From the IMG/VR virus record IMGVR_UViG_3300037010_002190, positions 1 through 52,651 of that record: a DNA stretch of 52,651 nt. One strand, written 5' to 3'. This document shows positions 1 through 7,881 of the stretch, one piece after another; the first letter of the stretch is position 1, and the number at the start of each line of letters is the position of its first letter. Made by a program: the position numbers and the translations under genes. The notes beneath the pieces are model-generated. The model was given only the letters and a program-made list of their open reading frames with translations. It was not told where the DNA came from and ran no database searches. The stretch is from a virus (taxonomy: Duplodnaviria; Caudoviricetes).

Positions 1-289
1 TCCAAGTCGGTTTGATTTGGTTAAGAAAATTGGAATGCCATCAAATGAAGCCCGAGAAGCATATTTTCGGGCTAAAAATTCAAGACTTTCACACAATCCC
101 GAAGAATTACGTACGTGGGTGGGTGATACAAAAGGTTTTTCCATTGCCCACATGAAAGAGTTGATTGTTTCTGTTGAAGTGTTTGAAGTAAGGTATGAAG
201 AAGCATTAGCTCGTCTAAAAAAGATGATGGATGTAAAAGTATCATCAGTTAATAACGATGAATCAAATTTTGGTTTTATGAACAGGTAA
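1..289 (+). CDS. AAA+ ATPase, C-terminal part (5' truncated by window edge)
   Basis: Frame is open from position 2 and reads PSRFDLVKKIGMP.EAREAYF..DTKGFSIAHMKEL, matching the second region of homology and lid of classical AAA ATPases. Confidence 0.75.
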   Translation, partial: PSRFDLVKKIGMPSNEAREAYFRAKNSRLSHNPEELRTWVGDTKGFSIAHMKELIVSVEVFEVRYEEALARLKKMMDVKVSSVNNDESNFGFMNR

Positions 290-292
290 AAT

Positions 293-532
293 ATGAAAAC
301 AGTAGAATATCCAATATGTGATGCGTGTGGAATAGTTTTATTCAAAGTAACATATATGCAGTATCAGTAGACGAGCGGCGTGGGTTGATAGGAAATGGCA
401 TTTCCAGATCCATCTGAAGATGGAACAATAATGGCTAATGATATCCAAGAATATTGTTATTGTGTGAAGTGTCTGTATGACATAATCATGGACAGATGGC
501 CGGGTATTAACCTGACTACAATCAGTGAATAA
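293..532 (+). pseudogene. Frameshift-disrupted small Cys-rich (Zn-binding?) protein
   Basis: ATG at 293 (MKTVEYPICDACG..) stops early; protein-like sequence continues in two other frames (NIYAVSVDERRGLIGN, then AFPDPSEDG..EYCYCVKCLYD..SE*), ending at TAA 530-532. Confidence 0.45.
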
Positions 533-535
533 ATA
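528..535 (+). promoter_or_regulatory. T4-late-type promoter variant AATAAATA
   Basis: ATAAATA core about 23 nt upstream of the acb1 start; the same core recurs before many genes in the window. Confidence 0.5.
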
Positions 536-557
536 TATAAAATGCTTGGAGTGAGAG

Positions 558-1076
558 ATGAAATTGAGTGATATCTTAGAAGAGAATGAACCTAAAAAAG
601 GAACGTATGCTGGTGTTCGTTATTCACCGGAATCAATCGAAGCTGTTCAAACATTTTTGAAAGAACATTCTATTCCTAATCCAGTTGCAGACGATAAAAT
701 TCACACAACATTATTGTATAGTCGTAAATTTTTACCCAATTACGAACCTAAAGGCAAACTAGCTAAGCCAATGCAGGCTAAGTTTCATCAGTATGATGTA
801 TGGAAAACGTCACCACAAGATGAAACACAAGAAAAGTGGAACTGTTTAGTTATGAAGTTGAAGTGTCCAGAATTAGAAGCTCTACACAAACAGTATATGG
901 ATGAACACAAAGCAACGTATGATTATCCTGTTTATACTCCTCACGTGACACTATCCTATAATATTGGAGATTATGATATCACAAAATTACCCAACTTTAC
1001 TGCTCCGTTACATATTACTGAAGAGTATGGTGAAGAATTAAATTTGGATTGGGCTAACACGCACGGTACTAAGTAA
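558..1076 (+). CDS. acb1: Anti-CBASS protein Acb1 (2H phosphoesterase, T4 gp57B family)
   Basis: Two HxT motifs (IPNPV..KIHTTLLYSR; YTPHVTLSYN) and C-terminal EY.E.LNLDWA lid, collinear with T4 Acb1. Confidence 0.9.
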   Translation: MKLSDILEENEPKKGTYAGVRYSPESIEAVQTFLKEHSIPNPVADDKIHTTLLYSRKFLPNYEPKGKLAKPMQAKFHQYDVWKTSPQDETQEKWNCLVMKLKCPELEALHKQYMDEHKATYDYPVYTPHVTLSYNIGDYDITKLPNFTAPLHITEEYGEELNLDWANTHGTK

Positions 1077-1130
1077 GAAGTATACTTTGTTTTAAATGCA
1101 TAAATGACATATTAAATAAAGGAATATTAA

Positions 1131-1343
1131 ATGAGTTCTCATCTTCATGTAATTGCAAACACAAAAGGTTCCGGTGATTGTATAATCGTATATGATACAA
1201 CATGCGGAGATGTGTTGTTTGAAGGACATTCAGTTGGTCCAAAAGATTTGTTTGAATTACTGGATAATGGTGGTTACGATAAGATTCACTATCATGAAAT
1301 GACAGATGAACAAATTAAACACTGGAACGACTTTATACGTTAA
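1131..1343 (+). CDS. Hypothetical protein
   Basis: 70-aa ORF with AAGGA RBS; TAATG coupling to next gene. Confidence 0.7.
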   Translation: MSSHLHVIANTKGSGDCIIVYDTTCGDVLFEGHSVGPKDLFELLDNGGYDKIHYHEMTDEQIKHWNDFIR

Positions 1344-1876
1344 TGACAACACCAATCATATTTTTAGATTTTGATGGACCTTTATTTTCCGCAAGGGCTG
1401 AGTTATTACCTGAAAATGATATCAAATATTCTAAAACACCAGAATTAAAAAATATTCTTCATCCGTTCATATCATATTGGAAAATGGATCCAATTGCTGT
1501 TGCAATACTAAACAATGTAGTTGATATCGTTAACGCTGAAATCGTTATTTCGTCTTCATGGAGAGAACTTCATACTAAAGATGAGATACAAGCATTGTTT
1601 GATGTAAATGGACTAAGTGGACCAATTCATGAAGATTGGTGCACTCCGATTGGTTCAAAATATGATCCTAACGCCATGAGTTATATAGTAACATATAAAA
1701 ATCGAGCAGAAGAGATCCAAGGTTGGATTAACAAACATCCTGAAGTAACTCAGTGGGTTGCAGTTGATGACGATGAGTCAATTTTAAAGTTTGAAATTAA
1801 AAACCGAGTTCTAGTTGAATATGCAGATGGCATAATGTATGATCATTATCTTCATATGTTAAGGACACTAAAATGA
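1343..1876 (+). CDS. HAD-superfamily phosphatase (Swiss-Army-Knife RNA-repair HAD_SAK_2-like)
   Basis: FLDFDGPL motif I, IVISSSWR, R..EI..W, VAVDDD motif IV. Confidence 0.8.
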   Translation: MTTPIIFLDFDGPLFSARAELLPENDIKYSKTPELKNILHPFISYWKMDPIAVAILNNVVDIVNAEIVISSSWRELHTKDEIQALFDVNGLSGPIHEDWCTPIGSKYDPNAMSYIVTYKNRAEEIQGWINKHPEVTQWVAVDDDESILKFEIKNRVLVEYADGIMYDHYLHMLRTLK

Positions 1877-2439
1877 AGTTGTTAGGATCTGAAATTGCTT
1901 TAAACATAATTGTGGCAGTTGATAAAAATGGAGTGTTTGGAGCTAATGGTGAAATTCCTTGGAAAGATGAACCATTTGCGAAGGACGATTTTAAAAGATT
2001 TCAGCAAATAACCAAAGATTCTATATGCATTATGGGATATAAAACGTATTTGGAAATTCTTGAGATGAAGACAGCCAGAGCTCAAACGAATAACACAAGT
2101 GTAGATCCCAATGAACCTCTCCTAAAAGGTCGTGAGTGTTATGTTATTACAAACACACCACAACAAAATTCAGGCATGGTTAAGTTTAACTCTGGAATCA
2201 GAGAAATTGTTCAAGATCTATCGGATGATGAAATCCGAAAAGTATTCATTTTAGGTGGAGAGAAAGTATTCATAGAAGCTCTACCTTGGACGTCTACTAT
2301 ATACATGACATTAATTGATCGAGAATATTCTGGAGAGAAAATATTTCCTGTAAAATATGTAGAAGAATATTTTAAAATTGTGGAAGGTGACAAAACAGAA
2401 GATCTCAAGTTTTTAACTCTTCAACGAATTAAATATTAG
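1873..2439 (+). CDS. folA: Dihydrofolate reductase
   Basis: IVAVDKNGVFG.NGEIPW, DFKRF, IMGYKTY, L.GR, FILGG..VF motifs. Confidence 0.92.
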   Translation: MKLLGSEIALNIIVAVDKNGVFGANGEIPWKDEPFAKDDFKRFQQITKDSICIMGYKTYLEILEMKTARAQTNNTSVDPNEPLLKGRECYVITNTPQQNSGMVKFNSGIREIVQDLSDDEIRKVFILGGEKVFIEALPWTSTIYMTLIDREYSGEKIFPVKYVEEYFKIVEGDKTEDLKFLTLQRIKY

Positions 2440-2449
2440 GAGAACATAC

Positions 2450-2602
2450 ATGATAGAAGAAACGTCATCAATTGTGAATGATCATATTAAATTATTAGAA
2501 AGTCAGGTTAAGTCTCAAGAAGAGATGATTAGTCAGCTACAGTCAACAGTAAAATTATTGAACCAAAAAATTATAAATCTAACACGTGAATGGCAAGACT
2601 GA
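2450..2602 (+). CDS. Small coiled-coil protein (50 aa, below ORF-track cutoff)
   Basis: AGGAG RBS at 2438-2442; MIEETSSIVNDHIKLLESQVKSQEEMISQLQSTVKLLNQKIINLTREWQD*. Confidence 0.65.
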   Translation: MIEETSSIVNDHIKLLESQVKSQEEMISQLQSTVKLLNQKIINLTREWQD

Positions 2603-2620
2603 AGATAATTAATTATTTTG

Positions 2621-2651
2621 TTGACATTTTTAGAAGAGTACTATATAAATA
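2621..2651 (+). promoter_or_regulatory. Overlapping sigma70 and T4-late promoters of the tmRNA gene
   Basis: TTGACA (2621-2626), 17-nt spacer, TATAAA (2644-2649); the -10 box is also a perfect TATAAATA (2644-2651). Confidence 0.75.
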
Positions 2652-2656
2652 TATGT

Positions 2657-2947
2657 AATGGTTGTTAACTTTCTTTTGGAAAGGGTTTCAAGACACGGGT
2701 TCGACTCCCGTCCGGTCCACTTAGAGCATTGAACCAGTGTTCTAAGTGGGCCGGTCCAGGCTTCGATTGGGACAATGAGTACTTAAGCAAGCAACTCGGT
2801 AGGCGATGACCGTAAATCAAGCAAAAGCAGAAATGCAAACGACTCATATTACGGGGAAACTCGTCTAGCTGCTTAATGCTCTAGTGGGGTGCGAAACGCC
2901 TTATTAACCAACGTTTCATAAAGGGGGAACTTCGGTTCCCCTTTTTT
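2657..2947 (+). ncRNA. ssrA: Circularly permuted (two-piece) tmRNA; tag ANDSYYGETRLAA*
   Basis: T-arm ACGGG-TTCGACT-CCCGT (2695-2711) and 3' acceptor strand CCGGTCC-A (2712-2719) lie upstream of the 5' strand GGGCCGG (2748-2754); G3:U70 pair; P2 TTGGGAC/GTTTCAA; tag frame GCA AAC GAC..GCT GCT TAA at 2835-2876. Outer ends approximate. Confidence 0.92.
2921..2947 (+). terminator. Rho-independent terminator of tmRNA
   Basis: GGGGGAAC-TTCG-GTTCCCC followed by T6 (C-UUCG-G tetraloop). Confidence 0.9.
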
Positions 2948-2999
2948 ATTACACTCATCACATTATATATAGGTTAAGCAAAATCAATTTACACAAGAC

Positions 3000-3938
3000 A
3001 TGAAACGAACATCTACCAGCGAATTCATACAAAAGTCAGAAAAAATACACCAAGGACGTTATGATTACTCATTGGTAGTTTACATAAAAAATAATCAAAA
3101 GGTAAAAATAATTTGTCCTAGCCACGGAATATTCGAACAGACCCCAGTAAATCACTTATCGGGTGGAGGATGTGTCGTTTGTTGGAACCAGAAAAGAAAA
3201 AACGATTCAAATTGTCGCAGTTCTAGGGAAGCATTTATAGAAAAAGCTAGTGTGATACATCATGCGGTATATGATTATTCGTTGGTTGAATACACAAACG
3301 TACACACAAACGTAAAAATTATATGCAAAATTCATGGAATATTTGAACAAACACCTGGAAACCACCTTTCAAGAAAAACTAAATGCCCTCAATGTTCTTT
3401 AAACAATATGACATTAACAGTTGAACAACAAGAAAATGCACGTATGAAATTTATTCAAAAAGCAAACAATGTACATCAACGTAGATATGATTATTCATTG
3501 GTTAAATATATTTCATGTTCAAAAAAAGTAAAAATAATTTGTCCTAATCATGGAACATTCGAACAAACCCCAGACAAGCACATTTATGGGAAAAGTCCTA
3601 CTGGTTGTCCTCAATGTTCGCCTTCAGTATCACGTCCAGAAATAAATTGGTTAAATGTGTTAGGAATTACTTATCGTCAACATAAAATGAAACTGGATAA
3701 CAAAACCATTACGGTTGATGGTTTTGATCCTTCAACAAACACAGTGTATGAATTTTTAGGAGATTTTTGGCATGGAAATCCTCAAAAATATAAATCAGAT
3801 GACATCAATCCTAAAAATCATAAAACGTTTGGAGAGTTGTATCAAGCAACCGTAAACCGTAATACACTAATAACAAGTAATGGTTATAGGTTAGTACTTA
3901 TGTGGGAAAGTGATTGGAATATGCTACCCATTAAGTAA
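3000..3938 (+). CDS. Putative free-standing homing endonuclease: 3 Zn-finger (DUF723-like) repeats plus Vsr/DUF559-like nuclease
   Basis: 3x H..YDYS.V.Y...KV.IIC..HG.FEQTP..H..G.GC..C; C-terminal VDGFD..TNTVYEFLGDFWHGNP..MWESDW. Confidence 0.75.
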   Translation: MKRTSTSEFIQKSEKIHQGRYDYSLVVYIKNNQKVKIICPSHGIFEQTPVNHLSGGGCVVCWNQKRKNDSNCRSSREAFIEKASVIHHAVYDYSLVEYTNVHTNVKIICKIHGIFEQTPGNHLSRKTKCPQCSLNNMTLTVEQQENARMKFIQKANNVHQRRYDYSLVKYISCSKKVKIICPNHGTFEQTPDKHIYGKSPTGCPQCSPSVSRPEINWLNVLGITYRQHKMKLDNKTITVDGFDPSTNTVYEFLGDFWHGNPQKYKSDDINPKNHKTFGELYQATVNRNTLITSNGYRLVLMWESDWNMLPIK

Positions 3939-3941
3939 CAT

Positions 3942-3970
3942 TTGACATTTATGAGTATAGAGAGTAGAAT
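3942..3970 (+). promoter_or_regulatory. Sigma70-type promoter upstream of clpP-like gene
   Basis: TTGACA (3942-3947), 17 nt, TAGAAT (3965-3970); GAGGA RBS follows. Confidence 0.75.
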
Positions 3971-4002
3971 AACATTCTACAATCAACAGAGGACATTATA
4001 AT

Positions 4003-4743
4003 ATGAAAAAAAGTCAAAAACTATTTATGAAGTCGGAAGATTATGACACCGAATCAACAGTAAGTATTGTACATCCTCCTGCTTTCCAATATTACTCGAA
4101 TGTCAATCAAGCAGTTGAACATTGGTTTTATATTAGTTCAGCAATTCGTGATCCTAGTGAATATACAGATATGACGCATACAATCCGATCTGCCAGTCAA
4201 TATGATACAATTTATATTTGTCTCAATACTCCAGGAGGAAGACTGGATACAGGCATCCAACTAGTCAACGCTATGCGAGCTTCTCAAGCTAGTATCGTTG
4301 CTGTACTAGAAGCTGAGGCATCTTCCATGGGAGCTATTCTATTCTTAGCTGCAGATCAACATATTGTTCATGAAAATTGTAGGATGATGTTCCATGATTT
4401 TTCTGGAGGTGCAAGTTCAGGAAAGGGTAATGAACAATTCAAAGAATTAACAGCAGCAATCCAATTATATAATAAGTTAATGAAGAATGTCTGCGTTCCG
4501 TTCTTGTCTGAAGATGAAGTTGATCGAATTATCAAAGGAGAAGATTTTTGGATGGATTCAGACGAAATTACCAAACGATTGGAGTTGGTGTATAAACAAC
4601 GAGAAGAACCAGAAATTGAAGTAGGAGAAGTTGTAGTTGAACCTTCTAAAGTAAAGCGTTCGAAGAAAATGAAACCTGCACCAACACCACCGGCTGAAAT
4701 TCCAGTTGAAGCTGTAGTTGAAGCTAGGCGGCAACGCAAGTAA
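4003..4743 (+). CDS. clpP: ClpP-like serine protease (peptidase S14/crotonase fold)
   Basis: LNTPGG, ASSMGAILF (Ser), MMFHD (His), GEDFWM (Asp); Pro/Lys-rich C-terminal tail. Confidence 0.8.
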   Translation: MKKSQKLFMKSEDYDTESTVSIVHPPAFQYYSNVNQAVEHWFYISSAIRDPSEYTDMTHTIRSASQYDTIYICLNTPGGRLDTGIQLVNAMRASQASIVAVLEAEASSMGAILFLAADQHIVHENCRMMFHDFSGGASSGKGNEQFKELTAAIQLYNKLMKNVCVPFLSEDEVDRIIKGEDFWMDSDEITKRLELVYKQREEPEIEVGEVVVEPSKVKRSKKMKPAPTPPAEIPVEAVVEARRQRK

Positions 4744-4749
4744 CAGCTA

Positions 4750-5760
4750 ATGAATAATTTTGAGCAAACTATTAGGCAATATATTCCATTACCTAATAAA
4801 ACATCACCCACAGGATGGTACACTCTTCGTTGTCCAGTTTGTAACGACCATAAGTACAAGAAACGAGGAGGTTGGAGGTTTGATGGAGCAAAAACTTCTT
4901 ATCACTGTTTTAACTGTTCAATAGCAACAACGTACGATTCTGATACTGGGTTCATTTCCGAAAAGATGCAAACTGTATTAGACAGTTTTGGAGTTCCAGA
5001 TGACGTTATTAAACGGCTAAAATTTGAAGCATTTAAAAATAGTAAATTAAAAAGTGGTGAAACAACAAAACAAAAACAATGGAAAGAACTTGAATCTTTA
5101 ACTTTACCAAAATCATTTTATAGAGTAATAAGAGATGAAGATGATGTTTGGAGTCAAATTGCAGAAGAATATTTAAATAGTAGAAATATTGATATTGATG
5201 ATTATAAATTTTATCTCTCAAAAGGAAAGACTAAAGAAGATAAATTGTGGGATGGGAGACTAATACTTCCTGTATATAAAGACGATAAGTTAATATTTTG
5301 GCAAGGTCGAGATTTAACAGACACCAAGAAAACCAAATATCTAAGCACAGAGTTAGTTTCTAAGGGATCCTTAATATATGGGTTTGATAGGTTACACACA
5401 GATTATGAACAACCTTTGTTTGTAGTTGAAGGGTTTTTCGATGCATTTCATATTGGGGGTGTAGCAGTGTTTGGAAATGAGATGTCAGAACAGCAAATAG
5501 CGTACTTGAATACATCTCAAAGAAAGAAAGTTGTTGTTCCTGATAGAACTGGAGACGGGGGACTATTAGCTCAGCAAGGTATTAAACAGGGTTGGAGTGT
5601 ATCGGTCTTACCTTTTGATGACTGTAAGGATGTTAATGATGCTATAGTTAAATATGGAAAACTTTTTGTGATCAAAACTTTAGTTGAAAATATAAAAGTT
5701 GGATTGGACGCGGAAGTTAGTGTTAGTTTATTATGTGAAAGGAGTAAGAAGCGAAAATGA
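4750..5760 (+). CDS. gp61: DNA primase (T4 gp61-like)
   Basis: N-terminal Zn ribbon CPVC..HCFNC, YL.SR, QGR, TOPRIM VVEGFFDA, PD..G, KDVND. Confidence 0.9.
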   Translation: MNNFEQTIRQYIPLPNKTSPTGWYTLRCPVCNDHKYKKRGGWRFDGAKTSYHCFNCSIATTYDSDTGFISEKMQTVLDSFGVPDDVIKRLKFEAFKNSKLKSGETTKQKQWKELESLTLPKSFYRVIRDEDDVWSQIAEEYLNSRNIDIDDYKFYLSKGKTKEDKLWDGRLILPVYKDDKLIFWQGRDLTDTKKTKYLSTELVSKGSLIYGFDRLHTDYEQPLFVVEGFFDAFHIGGVAVFGNEMSEQQIAYLNTSQRKKVVVPDRTGDGGLLAQQGIKQGWSVSVLPFDDCKDVNDAIVKYGKLFVIKTLVENIKVGLDAEVSVSLLCERSKKRK

Positions 5761-5942
5761 TCACAGAAGCTGAACGAGAACTTATGGATAAATTACTCAA
5801 ACAGATACTTGAGCGAGCTGAAACACGAGAATACCAAGATAAAGTTCGCAAACGAATTAAAGAAGAAAATGAAAGGTTTGAGCAGTGGGACAAAGATCAC
5901 AAACCCACATGGGCAGATATGCATAAATCATATGACATATAA
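5757..5942 (+). CDS. Hypothetical protein
   Basis: 61-aa ORF, ATGA overlap with primase, AAGGAG upstream. Confidence 0.65.
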   Translation: MITEAERELMDKLLKQILERAETREYQDKVRKRIKEENERFEQWDKDHKPTWADMHKSYDI

Positions 5943-5953
5943 TAAGGTTATAC

Positions 5954-7843
5954 ATGGCTAAAAATCAAGAATATACTGGACAAGATATTGTAGTACTAAG
6001 TGACTTTGAACACGTTCGGATGAGAACAAACGTGTACTTAGGAAATCTGGTTAAGACTCCATATCAAGTTCCTGTGTTTCTCAAAGATTCCAATTCTTCA
6101 TTAAACATACAAACGTTGGAGTTTGTTCCTGCTGTACTTAAAGCTTTTGGAGAAATCCTCGATAACACTGTAGATGAACATACGCAATCTGCTAAGCGTT
6201 CGAAATGGATTAAAATTACATCATTAGCGGAAGACGGTAGATACATTATTGAAGATAACGGCCGGGGTGTTCCTATTGATAAACATGAAACGGGAAAGTT
6301 TACTCCTGAAGTTGTGTTTGGGTCACTACGGTCAGGGCGAAATTTCAAGGATGATAAAACAGCGGGAGTTATTGGAGCAAATGGAGTCGGAAGTTCATGT
6401 GTTGTTGCTTGTAGCGAAAGATTTGAAGTTAAAATCACTCGAGATGGAAAACAATACGATCAACAATTCACAAAAGGGGGATCCGTTGTATCAACCCCAT
6501 TAATTACAGATCTTAAAAGTAGAGAGACTGGAACGAAAGTTGACTTTACATTAGACAAAACAGTTTTCGGTGATATCACTCTACCCGACGACTTGGTGAG
6601 AAATAAGGCTATTGAAGTGGCTTTTAACAATCCAGATATCGTCGTTCATTACAACAAAGAAAAGTTTCAATTTAAAAATGGTTTAGAAGATCTCATTAAA
6701 CCCATTTCATCAAATTATTTCAAATTTGGTCAGGGTGATTTTGATTTCTTTGTTATATTTGATGTAATTGAGTCGATTGATGAACAAGTATTCACATGGG
6801 TCAATAGTTCACTGTTATATGATGGTGGAATATGCAACACTCAATTTGTAAATGCGTTCGTGGACGCTGTGACAGAACAACTCCGAAAAGAAGCAAAAAA
6901 ACTTGGAGCTGAAGTAACAAAAAATGATATTAGACAAAATCTGTTAATTTTAGGATGTTTAAAGATATCAGATCCAAACTATGACAGTCAATCTAAAACC
7001 AGATTAACAGGACCAAATCTACGAAAAGAGTTTACTGATATTATTTCTTTAAACTGGCCCACATTTGTAAAAAAGAACAAAGATTGGTTAAATTTGGTTC
7101 TAGAAAAAGCAGCCGAGAGACATCATAAAGATGCGAACGCAAAAGCTATAAAAGAACATAAGAAAGTTTTAAAGAAAAAGGTTCCTGGATTGTTAGATGC
7201 AGTTGGTCGTGACCGTAATAAGTGTAGATTGTTCATCACAGAAGGTTTATCTGCAGCAAGCAGCCTCGTTGAGGTTCGGACACCGGAAACAATGGGAAGC
7301 TTCCCTCTTGGTGGAAAAATTAACAACGTGTATGGATCTACTGTCGCTCAAGTATTGCAAATGGGAAAACTGACAGATTTATTAGCTGCTATTGGGTTAA
7401 CTCCTGGGCAGAAAGCTGATAGATCAGAACTACGGTTTGGTGGAGGAGTTGTAATTGCAACTGATTCTGACCCTGATGGATCAGACATCGTCACGACACT
7501 ATTGTGTTTGTTTTACCAATTCTGGAAAGATTTATTTGGAACAAAGAATAAACCTTATTTTTACAGGTTAATTGCTCCTAACGTAGTTGCTATCAAGGGA
7601 ACAAAGCGACTTCATTTTTCAACGAGACAGGAATACGAAGCTCAACGAAGCAACCTTAAAGGTTGGACAATTCAATATTATAAGGGTCTTGGAAGTATGG
7701 AAAAAGAAGATTGGGAAATGATCATTAACGACGAAAAGTTTTATCTTCCAATAGTATATGATGAACATATGGATGAAGTAATGGAGTTATTATTTGGTAA
7801 TAATGTAGACGCTCGTAAAGAGTGGTTATCTGGAACTGTTTAA
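5954..7843 (+). CDS. gp39: Type II DNA topoisomerase large subunit (GyrB-like; T4 gp39+gp60 fused)
   Basis: EHVRMR, EILDN, DNGRGVP, G.NGVG (GHKL ATPase); TEGLSA, PLGGK, TDSDPDG, YYKGLG (TOPRIM). Confidence 0.95.
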   Translation: MAKNQEYTGQDIVVLSDFEHVRMRTNVYLGNLVKTPYQVPVFLKDSNSSLNIQTLEFVPAVLKAFGEILDNTVDEHTQSAKRSKWIKITSLAEDGRYIIEDNGRGVPIDKHETGKFTPEVVFGSLRSGRNFKDDKTAGVIGANGVGSSCVVACSERFEVKITRDGKQYDQQFTKGGSVVSTPLITDLKSRETGTKVDFTLDKTVFGDITLPDDLVRNKAIEVAFNNPDIVVHYNKEKFQFKNGLEDLIKPISSNYFKFGQGDFDFFVIFDVIESIDEQVFTWVNSSLLYDGGICNTQFVNAFVDAVTEQLRKEAKKLGAEVTKNDIRQNLLILGCLKISDPNYDSQSKTRLTGPNLRKEFTDIISLNWPTFVKKNKDWLNLVLEKAAERHHKDANAKAIKEHKKVLKKKVPGLLDAVGRDRNKCRLFITEGLSAASSLVEVRTPETMGSFPLGGKINNVYGSTVAQVLQMGKLTDLLAAIGLTPGQKADRSELRFGGGVVIATDSDPDGSDIVTTLLCLFYQFWKDLFGTKNKPYFYRLIAPNVVAIKGTKRLHFSTRQEYEAQRSNLKGWTIQYYKGLGSMEKEDWEMIINDEKFYLPIVYDEHMDEVMELLFGNNVDARKEWLSGTV

Positions 7844-7881
7844 TCTAATATTTTGATACAGTTATAGGACTAAAATTACTT

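Noticed and set aside
2690-2720. tRNA gene suggested by the GGTTCGACTCCC T-arm
   Set aside because: No upstream D or anticodon arm; the pairing acceptor strand lies downstream, so it is the acceptor piece of the permuted tmRNA
2665-2847. 60-aa minus-strand ORF
   Set aside because: Antisense shadow of the tmRNA gene
4368-4859. Antisense or alternate-frame ORFs in the track (e.g. 4368-4859, 6064-6438, 18733-19290, 27703-28140, 44885-45295)
   Set aside because: Largely or entirely overlap well-supported genes and show no recognisable motifs
5954-7843. T4 gene 60-type translational bypass
   Set aside because: ATPase and TOPRIM regions are in one continuous frame
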